DNA of 64,000 bases from Dudresnaya verticillata (lineage: Eukaryota). The stretch lies in the NCBI GenBank assembly GCA_977862235.1, contig OZ374559.1, positions 2,170,001 through 2,234,000 on the forward strand. Direction: 5' to 3'. Each line of letters begins with the position of its first letter. Position 1 is the first letter of the stretch. A program made the translations under genes and the position numbers. The notes beneath the pieces were generated by a model. It ran no database searches, was not told where the DNA came from, and saw only the letters and a list, made by a program, of their open reading frames with translations. This document shows, piece by piece, positions 36,613 to 48,314 of the stretch.

Positions 36613-38806
36613 ATACGCCCTTCCGAGAGCAGCCGACAAATGTCCTGCGACTATCGACATCGGGCCGGCTCTGCTTCGTGTCGGGCCGAGGACAAGCGCC
36701 GGGTGAGTTGTTATCTGTTTTGTTCGTCGCACTGCACTGTACTACCCTGGCCGGAGTCCAGTTTTGGACTATTGCAACTCAAATGGTATGGCTATCTGCC
36801 CAGCATGCGGGAATACGCAGGGGTGAGTTCCGCGCAAAGCAACACTTTCAACTAACTGCTGATCTACCGTGAGAACGGTAGAAGGGGACAGGCTCCGCCA
36901 ACCGAGCATACTGAAGAGGCGCTAAACACAGAGATAAATCGAGAGGGGAACGGATTGTTGCCCAGATAAGCGACAGGCAGGGAGTCACAGTAATGCCCCA
37001 AAGAAACGCTTAACCCAAAAGCCTGGGCTACAGGAGAAAGCCATTGCATTGGTACTCCAACCTGGCTTTCACAGAAAGCACTATCCCTGTTTCAGCGCTG
37101 ACATGGGACTTCATTTCACTTTCATGGTCATGCAGAGCTACATTGGGGCTGTGTTTGAAGATGGAGCCCAACGCATTGCTTCTAGTAGCAGCATATGGAA
37201 AGGGGCTTCACCTTTGGCTGAAACGTTTCATGTTGTAACATGCTCTTCTCCTGGCTTTCCCCTCCCCTCCCCTCCTCAGTAGTATTGTTGCAAGCCTCCT
37301 TTCGGCGCTTCGGTTTAGCTGAGTTGCCCATTATCACCAGGCTGCCTAGAGCCGTTCAAACACAACCCCAAAAGTCACTCATTCTAGGACTACACGCTCG
37401 CTATGCGGAATCCTATCGCTCTCTCAATGTTCGCTTCAGATCCCACCTTCGATGGCTCTCGGATAGCTCGTTATCCCCGAAGGGTTAATCTAGAGCGACC
37501 TTTTTCACGCCCACAACAGTCCCGGCCTCTCAACAGAAGTATGTATCTTAGCGTTCGCACTCTGAAGGCTCGGCTTTCCTCCAGACCGGATGGTTGTTGG
37601 AAATGCCGAGCTCAACAGTGGTGGGCGAGATCACCCATCTTCGAGATGAGTGGTCAGAACTGCGACAGATTTGCCGTAAACGCGGTGCCGCTCCAATGCG
37701 CGAACACCAATCACAATCTGTATCATGTGGCACGTGTTGAAAAACGATTTGCTGCTGAGATTTGCATGACGCACCCATCAGCCAATCGTGAGGCAACATC
37801 ACAGGTCCATTTGGCATCACCGCAGCCACTCACCTTCTTGCTGCAGTTGCGTACACGTGACGCGGCGCCAGGGTGCTGAGCCGGAAGCAGCAGACCTTCA
37901 CGATGGCAGGGGCGGAACGCTGAACAGTCCGATCGGGGAGTAGAGCGATATTTTTGGCAAAGGGGTGCCGATTGATTATCAATGCTGGGATACCTGCCAT
38001 GTACCGCATCGCTACAATCGGTATCGCTCACCAAGTCTTGAGGGGCAAACATGTACTGCCCTCATACAGGGCTGCTGCGATTGAGCCTGCATCACCTTCC
38101 CCTTCTGAACACGTTCACGACAGTTCTACAACACACCTGTAAAAACGGGTAACGACAAGCTTTTCCTGCACAGCATCCAGCACAGAGTTGGGTTTATGTA
38201 AAGCAATCGCAAACTCTTCCTCTCAGATGACAGCATAATAAAGGTGTTGTTAATGGCTAATGGTATTTTAATACTTGTTCAGAATAATCCCGCCCGGGCA
38301 ATTGCAGGTCATGGCTGGGGAGAGGCGAGACCCGACTCGGCTTGGCTCCGTAAAAGCTCAGGCTACACAGGCATAAACATCCAATGCGAAACGCAGGGAT
38401 TAGCGAATTCCACTTCACCAAGACCCAATTTGTGCAGAGTACAGCGTCCATAGCAAAGAAAGGCGGATTGGTGTACGATAGCTCTTGTCGTTTCGAAACG
38501 GTCAACCGCTGCAAAGCCGACTGCAGATCTCCTGGACGCGCTTGAGCAATAGAAGGATGAGGCAAGCCCGGGCCAGGACTGGAGAGAACAACAATTTCTT
38601 TGTTTTGGTCCTCATTATTAAAGGTTATCTTCTTGATTCATAGTTGGCTGCTTCTTGTTGTTGCTTACCGCATAACATTCCCACCAAAATGACATCTTGA
38701 AGCCCCGGTAACCGTCGGCCGACATACACCTGCACCACCCCGCCGTAACTTCCCTGACAATAGCATTCCCCTGGCGTCGTACGTGTACCGTTTCATTCCT
38801 CTATCA
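36613..38806. repeat. Copy B of the dispersed repeat
   Basis: Colinear with 24147-26875; carries extra segments such as about 37231-37502. Confidence 0.9.
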
Positions 38807-38808
38807 AC

Positions 38809-38953
<145 letters not shown>

Positions 38954-41032
38954 CCACCTTTACTTCTTTCAATAACTACTGAACTGCCTTGCATTCTCTC
39001 ATCAAGCGTTTCGCCAAGTCCGTCTATGCACACACGAGTTCCTAGTCATGTCGATTGGAGGTTCTGAAAACACCCGTGGCAACACCGGTGAACGTTCGAT
39101 ATGCAACTGTGTTCTGCTCACAATGGACAGTGGCAAAGTGGCTGGAGCCGGCGTACCATGATCGTCATGGTGCGTCGCCACCCTACAATTGGATCCGCGG
39201 GCCATGAAGCAAATACAATGGAGCTTAATTGTGCAATTGTATTTGCCCCGATGGACAGGTTGGTCGCTGCCGACCGCAGTAGCCCAAGCATCGTCCGCGG
39301 GCGCGAGGGTTTCCACAGATAAACAAGCTCCTCTCCGGTCGGGGAGAGGGGGCAACCAACACGGTGTTCACTAGACTCCTCATTCCGCTGCGATTGAGCC
39401 ACACAGCAGTTCCGGACCGCAGCAAACGCAGTCTGCGTACGCGAGCGCCGCGCCGCACAGTTACCATCAAACTGTTTCGCGATTAACCCCCGGAGTCTGC
39501 AGCGTTGGATTTTTAAACCGAGTCCAGAAAATAACCTTGGCGGGACTCTGCGGGTGACCAGTACTCTTATGCGTCTGATACCCTTTTCTTTTACTCAGGG
39601 AACGAAACAACAGTCCCTATTTATACTAATCTGCTTCCTCCCTCGTACAGTAATATTGGCCATGAGGATAGAGCAAAAGGAGAGAGATATCTCTCCCGCG
39701 GTTGCACCGCAGCGAGCATTTGAGTTCTCCATAAAATGCTGAAAATTGACGAGGTGAAATTGACAAGAGATGCAGGAGTCTCATTGAATCGAGTCTCACC
39801 TGCATCGACTTGACGTGCGTCTCATCCGCATTGATTTTGTGCAACGTGTACAGGGCCCCCATGTCTAGGCGTAGCCTGGGCATTCTAGCTATTAAAGCCC
39901 AAGAGCTCTTTCGCCTGGGCTGTGAGTTTGCCCTTTCGAGTGGACTGTAGAAATACGTGGAGCTTTTCCGGGAACATCCTCGAACAGCTGTGTAACACTA
40001 TTACACATCCAATCACACGGATCAGGTAGACCCATCCATTCGATTTATACAAAAAGGCCATCAGAAGCCTTGCATATATATATCGTAGTTTCTCGATGAC
40101 CTCGTACTTTGCTTCGAGGTGCTCAGGTTGTAACGCAGTCCGGATAAAGAGAGCCACTCGCGTACGCGGTGGTTGATACAGGAGATAGAAAGGGAAAAGC
40201 GGAAGGCGAGGTTGGAGGCTAGGTCACCGCGGGTTGTTGGGAGTTCCCTCGTCTGTGCTGACGCCCCGGGCTGCCTTTATTAGGTAAAAAGCAGAGTGTG
40301 AGCTGTGCTGCTCACGTCGTACGACCCACGCTATTTAGTGGACTGCACGATCGCAGCCTCCACCCTGGATCGGGCAGATCCAGGCTGGCGCAGCTATTCG
40401 CGCGCTGGCGCCGTCGCGTCGGCCGGCGACGACGGACGGAGCATCGTATTGTACAATACAGTCCTGTACCCAGGCAGGGTACCCTGCAGACATCCAATCA
40501 GATAGAGAGGAATGTCCAGACATTACTGTGCTGCAGAGAGGAGGTACCATACATTGTACAGTGTACCGCGTTGCCTATGCTGGCAGGGTTCGAGTACAGG
40601 TAGTACTCTTTCCCGACAGGCTACCTTGCTCGGATTGCACCTGTCCGCACTGCCCCCGGCTCCCTGTGCCGGGAGTACTCCCCGGCGAGCTGCGCTACTC
40701 AGGTGTTACAAGCTTGCCTTAGTAGCTCTTCAGACTCTGTTGCACCATCTTGTGCCGCTCCATATTTCATCAGCCTTGCAGCGTGGACTCCTTCCTCTTT
40801 GTCATCAACTAATTAACTAACAACTAATACTGTGTCACTGAAAACATTCGCTACCAGCCGAGGACCAATCCATCGAAAAGCTTGTTTGTGGTCTTTGTCC
40901 CTGAGCTCTGCGTGCAAGCACGTAGTCTTCGACAGTAAGGTCTGGAGATATAACGTTTCACTTCTTGTCCTGGTTCCGTATCTGCTTCTTTCTGTTAGCA
41001 GATACTTTTTCACTAACTCCAGTTTGCATCTC

Positions 41033-41694
41033 ATGAAAAGGAAATGTAGCATTTATTAGTAAAGACCAACTTCATTCAGAAATGAGTAATCCAAAGGAAT
41101 TAAATTATTACACTGTGTAACCTGTGAACTTCAAGCTAGCTTGTGCGAAAAGGAGTAGGTGGGTGGGAGAAAGGTCGGAATTTGCCACTGCAGATTGGTG
41201 GCTCTAGGACTGCTAGTATCCTTATATGGAGGCCTTGAACATTCTCTGTTAGTTCTGTTGTCGTTAACTTGAGCGTAGTAGTCCCGATGGCGTATCAGAA
41301 TTGTTCACACGATATACATTATATAGAATCGAAGACTTTATCGCTGATAGCTTCCGATAGATAAACGGCAGAACGATCTACACTGCTCCCTATCCTTGTA
41401 GCAACTTTTCGTGTGCTGTAAAGCCTGTATGGAAATGAAAAGGTACTATTAAGAATAGGGAGCACTGCCGATCATTCTACAGTTTGTCGATCGGAAGTTC
41501 TCAGTGACACTTTCTTCGATACTCTGTAATATATATCGTGTGAGCAATTCCGATACGCCATCGGGATCCATACGCTCAAGTTAACGAGAACAGAACTGAA
41601 AAAGAATGTTCAAGGCCTCCATGTAAGGATACTATCAGTTGTAGAGCCACCTGTTCACACCACCAATCTCCAGTGGCAAGTTCCGTCCTTTCTC
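41033..41694. repeat. Left terminal repeat block of the DIRS element, forming a long hairpin
   Basis: 41033-41410 is the reverse complement of 47221-47626; 41411-41694 is a direct copy of about 47195-47466. Confidence 0.85.
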
Positions 41695-41756
41695 TTCAGA
41701 GTAGTTCTCTGAATCGAAAGGAGACTCTGGTAATTTACAGTGTGAACCTTCAGAAC

Positions 41757-42356
41757 ATGCGTAATACTCTTCCAATAGATACGTTTCGCATTCCCGAGGT
41801 GACTGACTACACTGACAATATTAATCTCCTAAGTGCTCTCTTATTCGCCGGACGAGCACCACTCTGGCCCCGATCGGGGTTCGTACAACCTAATCAGACC
41901 GGCTATTTTAAGCCAGAGACGGTACTGTACCGCGAGACCTACCACAAAGACCGTCGCAACGAAAAAGAGCTGGAATAAATCCATTCAGCCGGGACCTCGG
42001 TCGAACAGGCTCTCGAAGCATTTGTCTTGGACGAGGTTGAGTCTGGTGCTTCAAAACAAGGATGGCTCCTTAAACACGTCTTCATGTCTTTGGAAAGTGC
42101 TATGGAGGTCTTGGTGATGCAAACGCCGCACTTTAAAACTGTTTTGGAGAAATTTCCTGCAGTTGCTCGACAGTTGGCGGACTTTGTTCAGACAAACGTT
42201 GTGACACAGCGAGAGCAGATTACGTCAGAAATATACTCTTCTCTATTTAAGGACGTTTCTGCAAAGCGTACTATTGGAACAGCCAAAGCACTGGCTAAAC
42301 AGCAAGTTGATAACGCGGATACGAAAGAGAGCTCCGCAAAAACGAAGGAATCGTAA
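41757..42356 (+). pseudogene. gag: DIRS gag-like ORF remnant
   Basis: Helical ORF remnants between the left repeat and RT; assigned mainly by position. Confidence 0.5.
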
Positions 42357-42699
42357 ACAATGACTCGCTCGTATTAGTCATGGTCTAACCCTCCTCGTGG
42401 ATGCAGTCCTAGTCACAGGGCCGTTGGTTCCACAGTCAAAGGAAACCCCTTTTGTGGAAGATGATCGCAGCCACAGCTTATATCACCCGCCTCCTACAGT
42501 TCGGCATCTCGGACCCCCAGATATTCCTTTTACTGAGGGCTCAATATTTCCACAAATACTTCAACCCTCAGAGGATCTTCGTTTTGCAATCTTCGTTTTG
42601 CAAACGAGGATCTCGAAGAAGGTTGCAAATTGGGCTATTACCAATTGATCAGTCAAATATTTGTCAGGCTGCACGTAAGGCAAAGCAAGCTGGTATCAT

Positions 42700-45300
42700 C
42701 TGAATTTGTATAGTGGCAAAAGGGGAAAACTCGGTGTGTCATCAATCTCAAGAAAAGAGTCAGCATTGGCGAAAGCTTTCCGTTCAGATGGAGTCACTAA
42801 GTTACTTTGCATCCTGCTGAGCACACGGAGACCGCCTGTTGTCGTTCGACGGGAAACCGGGGTACAACACCGTCATTTTCGACTACATCCACGTATGTGG
42901 GATTGGTCTATTCTTCGTTACAATGGGCAGTACTACCTCTGTTTAGCTCTCCCGTTCGGTTGGAAACGCAGCCCTTACCGGTTCTGCCACATAATAAGCC
43001 CTTCAACGATATATATGATGGTAAATATGGAACTGCGGGTCCTGGTCAAGATAGACGACTATCTTATAGCCCCTGGGAACGAAAATTGTCCAAGCACGCC
43101 CGAACACTGTCATCATATATGTCATATCCTCGACAACCCTTTTACAAAATTCGGAATGCCCCGTCATCTGGGCAAGGGGGTATGGGGCCCCGGTGCCACG
43201 CGAATGGAACATCTTGGAGTGATAATAGACCCCGACTCGTTTCGTTTCTATATAACCTCAGAAACCGGAAGCGATTCACGGAATGGCTTCGTGGCTTCTA
43301 CATCAAAGCGCAACAGGTCGCCAATATGTAAACGAATCACTCGTAGTATCGTTTACAACCAAAGCTGTATCAGCAGAGCAACGCTGTACCTCAGCTGAGA
43401 TACAGCTTTGCTTGTAAACGATAAGTGAAAAGGCCAAGGGCACTGAAATCAGCTAGCTGCTTTCAGTGCCCTTGGCCCGATTTTCTACCCGTTCCCTTTA
43501 CACGGACCTCCGAGACCGCCCCCGACTGGGGTCGGAAATATAGTGCAGACGTCAATATCGCCCTAGACGTCGTTATAACGTCTCGGACGGAGCTCTACGC
43601 CCTTGGCGTTACACCGCCAACGGCGTTCAAGATGTGAGTTTGGGCGCGAACCCGCTCGTGTGGTGCAAGAGGGGTGGCCCCCTTTTTTGCTCTGATCTGT
43701 AAGCGTGGCCCAGTTCCGGATTGGATCTGGATCTGACATCGGGATCCGAATCCGGATCACCCACACCGCTGTGCGCACGCGCCTGTAAGCTACCCGCTAC
43801 GCGCGCGCAAGTCTGTAAGCTACTCCTACTCCTTACCCGCGGGTACGCGGCTGCACCACTACGGCGACGTGTCAGACGCGCGGTGGCGTGACAGGCGTCC
43901 TGAGTTCCCGCGCACCGCGACACGCCTCCTCCGCCCGCATCGTAGTGGTAGTATATTAGGTAACGCGTCTGAGGCGTTGCAGTAAACCCCGGCAGGTCGG
44001 TCTGCCTTCACACTTCGCCCCTTCGCTCGTTAGCTTCACTGCCGCTACCCACGTTGGCTATGCGTTGCGATGATCGCGCTTCCGCGTCAATGTCCGTCTT
44101 TGACGTGTATCCCCTTTTGATTTCCCTCCGAGAAGCTCGGTGGTTCTTCACCCCCAGCGCTCAAGAGCGTACATCGCCGCTATTATCGCGGGCTACGTGC
44201 CGGGCTACCACGCACACATCCACTCTGTCGTGGACGTTTGTTTCCCCTTTTTCATTTCTACCGCCTCGGGCGTTTACAGTCCGCCCTTGGCGTGTTACCA
44301 GACTCTGCCCCCGTCTACTGCCCTCGGCACGCATCCGCCAGAGGCGAGCTACCAGCCGGGCTACGAACGGCCGGGACAGTATTTCCGTCTTAGACGTATT
44401 GCACTAAGGAAGCGGACGTCGGTTCTCATTATCGAACCAATCCCTACGGGACTTAACATCCTGGGGCACGATGCTAAAGGGGGACGGACTTCTCCTGTAC
44501 AGCGGCCGAGATTCATGGAACCTACATACCGACGCTGCAGATGTCGGTTTCGGAGGTACTTTAGGGACGAATCTCGCACCCGGGTCGCCAGGATCCATCG
44601 AAGTGCAAGGGGTCTGGTCTCCGTTCCGCAGATTACAATCGATCAATATGAGAGAGTTAGTGGCTGTTCGAAAATCTCTATATGACACAGCAGTGTCAGC
44701 AATACTACCAGGATGCAGCAGAAGAATCTTACTGCACGTAGACAATCAGGTAATCCTGAGAGTTATCACCAACATGGTTTCGTCCAGCCCAGTTCTAATG
44801 GACGAATTCCGTAGGCTACACCACCTCCTGGAACGGATGAAGATTCAGATCAGGGCCGAATGAATCCCCTCGACAGTGAAAAATGGGCAGACCGCTTGAC
44901 TCGGACATGGAATCCCCCTGACCTGAGAGCTACCCCCTCCATCTTGCGATCACTAGCTAGTGACATCACTCCAGTTGCAACAGGTCCGCCGATACTGGCC
45001 CTTGTGAGAGGCACCCGCAGCCAGAATGAAGAAGATCCGCGCTCAATTCAAGGAGAGCTGGGGGGACGGAAAGAGCAGACTCTGGAACCCACGACCTCAG
45101 TGGCTCGCAGCTACAATTATGAAGATCAGGCGCGAACAGGCACATGGAATCTTGGTCTCTTCTTTCTAGGCCGGGACGAACTGGTGGCGGCTCTTACAGT
45201 GCATCACTCTCTCGGTACGAAATCTGAAGCCATCGCAGGGGCCATTGTTCAGCACCCATCCCCCTAACCCAGCTTGGTCGCTAATCCTGGGTCGGTGTGC
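42700..45300 (+). pseudogene. pol: DIRS pol remnant: RT, RNase H and Dam-like MTase domain, interrupted at about 43399-44397
   Basis: RT: RHFRLHP, ALPFGWKRSP, KIDDYLI, EHLGVIID. RNase H: LHTDAADVGFGG, INMRELVAV, VDNQV, WADRLTR. Shifted frame then reads SWGDGKSRLWNPRPQWLAATIMKIRREQAHGILV..NWWRLL. Confidence 0.85.
43564..44397. repeat. Inserted GC-rich, LTR-like repeat related to 58700-59479 and 60160-60410
   Basis: Shared blocks gacatcgggatcc, gttcccgcgcac and gtttacagtccgccc..ggcgtgtt; flanked by TAGACGT at 43564 and 44391. Confidence 0.6.
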
Positions 45301-45316
45301 GACCTCCGGGTATATC

Positions 45317-47095
45317 ATGGAATCTATCAGGTCTCAACTTCCCAATACACCACTGTGGCATAGACGTCAGGTCGAACTGACGTCTAGCGGCGCTGGTATG
45401 CAGTCACACCCGGACCCGTCGACGGGATGTAGGTAGCAGTGATGGTAGAGCGGTGGTGTCTGCCGCGCGCGCAATCGACGGTCGCGTATCTACGGCGTCG
45501 AAGCCTGGGCGCGCACGGGGCGGACCGTACGCAGGCGGCAGCGGCTGAATCCCTGCTTCCCATCGTGCGGCGGCACGAAGCCGAAGGTCGGAAGGGAAAG
45601 GGAAAGCCTAGACGGTTGGAGGAAGGGAGAAGCCGTAGGGCGAAGGACGGACAAAGAAACCCCCAAGCAGAAAGGGGCAAGCCTGGCGTAGACTGGCCTG
45701 GCTATGTTTACTCGAGCCCAGAGGGGCGACTAACAAATAGACTACAGGGCCTACGGCGGCACCAACCCGGGAGGTGCACCGGCGCGCCCCGATACGCTTC
45801 GACGCGTACGGGTAACGGTAACTCGGAGGCGCGCGTTGGCGAAACGGTCCAAGCGTACTCAACGGCTCGACGCCGGAGTGCGTGTGCACGACGCGCGGGA
45901 CAGCATGGCGTTCGACCACCGCTTTCACTAGTCGGTACTGTACACTACAAGAATAAACGTAGAAATTACACGGGAGTGTCGGTGTCACACGCGTACACGC
46001 GTACGCGCGGGCGCCACAGCGCACTTCCTTACAGTTCAGCGGGGCTTCGGCGCCACCGCCTGACAGCATGCGCACAGCGGTGCAGAAGTGGCGCAGCTGC
46101 CCTTACTGCTGCGCGGACGTGACACAGCTGGTCGTACAGCTTTGCCACAACCAGGGGGACGAGCATTACTTGACTTATCCCGGCATAGTATCGCCCACAG
46201 TACTGAGGCTACTAAATCCTCCTAGTGGGCAAACGTCGAACGCTTCTGTTCGTTAGAAGGACACAAACCTCTTCCAGCCCCCACTGGAACAGTGCTGGCC
46301 TACATCGGATATCTTTTTGAGGAAGGTAGCGTACACTTTAGTTCCCTACAAACTTATCTGTCGACGATAAGGACTACACACGGGAGGCACAGACTACCTG
46401 ATCCCTGCACAGTACAGGCCCATAAGGATCTCTCTCGCGCATTTGCTACAGCTGATGACGCAAGAGGCCAGCTGAAAGATACGCGGGCCGCACTGCCCGC
46501 CTCAATTTTATATCGAATCCGTAACTTGGGTCTACTAGAAGAGGACGGTTCCGAGATTCAATATCAAGTTGCTTTAATAAATTTCAGTTCGTCATGTCCT
46601 GGCGGGAGAGTTCAGCCCGAACACTACTGCGTGAAGACGTGGAAATGCGAATCGGCTCACCATCAGACGACACAAATAACTCAGCACTCACGATCTCAGC
46701 TCGACCTCGAAATATGAAAGGAAGACCGATAAGGGGAGCTCCGGAAAATATTTCTAACCTTTTATGGAGAAGTAATCAGTAATGCGCTGGCCTTAAAACT
46801 CCATTGCTTCAATTTGGGACTGAACGCACCACTGGAGGAACAATTTTGGTCATATATGGGAACTATACTATACTTACAGGAGGTAACGAACATCTTGCGA
46901 CGCCTTCTACAGAAGCTCCAAGTTCATCCCCCACTGCACTACTATTGCGCCTCTCACATCTTACGTAGCGGATCTGTGTCAAGCCAGATCCTAGCAGGGG
47001 TTCCTCTTCCTGTAGTCGTGCAACGCGGTCAGTGGAGCTCAGACAGATAGTCACAAACGTTAATTTTGACGGGAGACTGAAGTTTACACAGTAAA
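45317..47095 (+). pseudogene. Tyrosine recombinase of the DIRS element, interrupted by a solo LTR
   Basis: After LTR removal: MESIRSQLPNTPGGRALLDLS...VLAYIGYL...SLQTYLSTIRTTH, SWRESSA, MKGR, SHILRSG and RGQWSS; stops and frameshifts. Confidence 0.85.
45354..46149. mobile_element. Solo LTR, 796 bp
   Basis: TGTGGCA...TGCCACA ends, flanks ACCAC/ACCAG; excision restores the YR reading frame. Confidence 0.85.
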
Positions 47096-47194
47096 AGGTC
47101 TATTATTGCCGTGCCTCATCCCTTCAACCTCGTAACCTCCCCCCAAGGTGCTCCGAGGCGTCTTTATACAACGAACGCTCCGTTATGGATTTTC

Positions 47195-47650
47195 GTGAGC
47201 TGTAAAGCCTGAACGGAAATGAAAAGGTGCTACTAAGGATAGGGAGCAGTGCTGATAGTTCTCCAGTTTTTTCTATCGGGAGCTATCAGCGATAACGTTT
47301 TCGATACTGTGTAATATTTATCGTATGAGCATTTCCGATACGCCATCGGGATCAATATGCTCAAGTTAGCGAGAACAGAACTAACAAAGAATGTTCAAGG
47401 CCTCCATATAAGGACACTAGCAGTCCTAGAGCCACCAATCTACAGTAGCAAGTTCCATCCATTCTCCCACACACCCGCTCCTTTTCACAGAGGCATTAAG
47501 TTCACAAGTTACCGTCTATTCCGGTCATGAAAACCTGGCAAAACAGTGCAATAATTGAGTTCCTTCGCATTACTCATTTCTAAATGAAGTTGGTCTTTAC
47601 CAACAAAGGCTGCATTTCCTTTTCATTTCCGTACAGGCTTTACAGCACAC
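47195..47650. repeat. Right terminal repeat of the DIRS element, itself bounded by 33-bp inverted repeats
   Basis: 47195-47227 and 47618-47650 are inverted with two mismatches. Confidence 0.85.
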
Positions 47651-48004
47651 CAAAAGCAGATTGAATTCAATCAACCTAAGTTGCTCAATTTCCATGGGCT
47701 GGACTGCTCGACCTCCAATTGACAGTACGTCAGCGCCCTTTTTCGCAGCCCGGCCATTTAGCATCTGAGTCCTATTTGGACATAAACATGTAAATACGTC
47801 TAACGGAGAACGGACTGTCCCATCAGATTCCGCCCCAGTCTCGGCAAAGGTGCTTCATTCAAGTCTGTCATTACTATTCCAACAAGGGGAAAGATCGCGG
47901 TGCGGCGCGCCGCGACGTCCCCGGCGCCCTTTACAGTTTTGTAGAGTAGTTTTCTGTGCACCGATGGTTCTGATGTGAACGTCTAACAAGGTGTCTGGAC
48001 GTGG

Positions 48005-48170
48005 CAGTTTGTCATTTTGACAGAGTGCCTGGCCACAACTTGCCAGTTTGTCATTTTGGCAGGGTGCGTAGACATTCCATTTTGTCATTTTGTCATTTTG
48101 GCTTGCTTGTTTGTCTCCCATTTAGACAGTTTATTTTACCTCGGCGTTCCAGGCTCCCATTTAGACAGGC
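48005..48170. repeat. Short repeat cluster in the Helitron 3' region
   Basis: TTTGTCATTTTG x4 (48008, 48047, 48081, 48089) and CTCCCATTTAGACAG x2 (48115, 48154). Confidence 0.85.
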
Positions 48171-48314
48171 TGTTTGTGTACCAGGTTGTCACGGCAGATC
48201 ATGTAAGGTGTCAAGACGATTTAATGCAAGCAAAAGAAGAACGAGAAAAGATCTCGTCTTTCTGTAAGGGAACGTCCAAGATGCACCAAGATATGAAAGG
48301 AATTATCGGCGCCT

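Larger units (their letters stand above)
41033..47650 (+). mobile_element. DIRS-type tyrosine-recombinase retrotransposon, degenerate, with nested insertions
   Basis: Order gag-like, RT, RNase H, MTase remnant, YR, enclosed by long inverted and direct terminal repeats. Confidence 0.85.

Noticed and set aside
40297..40710. Possible LTR (TGTGA...TTACA)
   Set aside because: No TSD, partner LTR or adjacent retroelement coding sequence.
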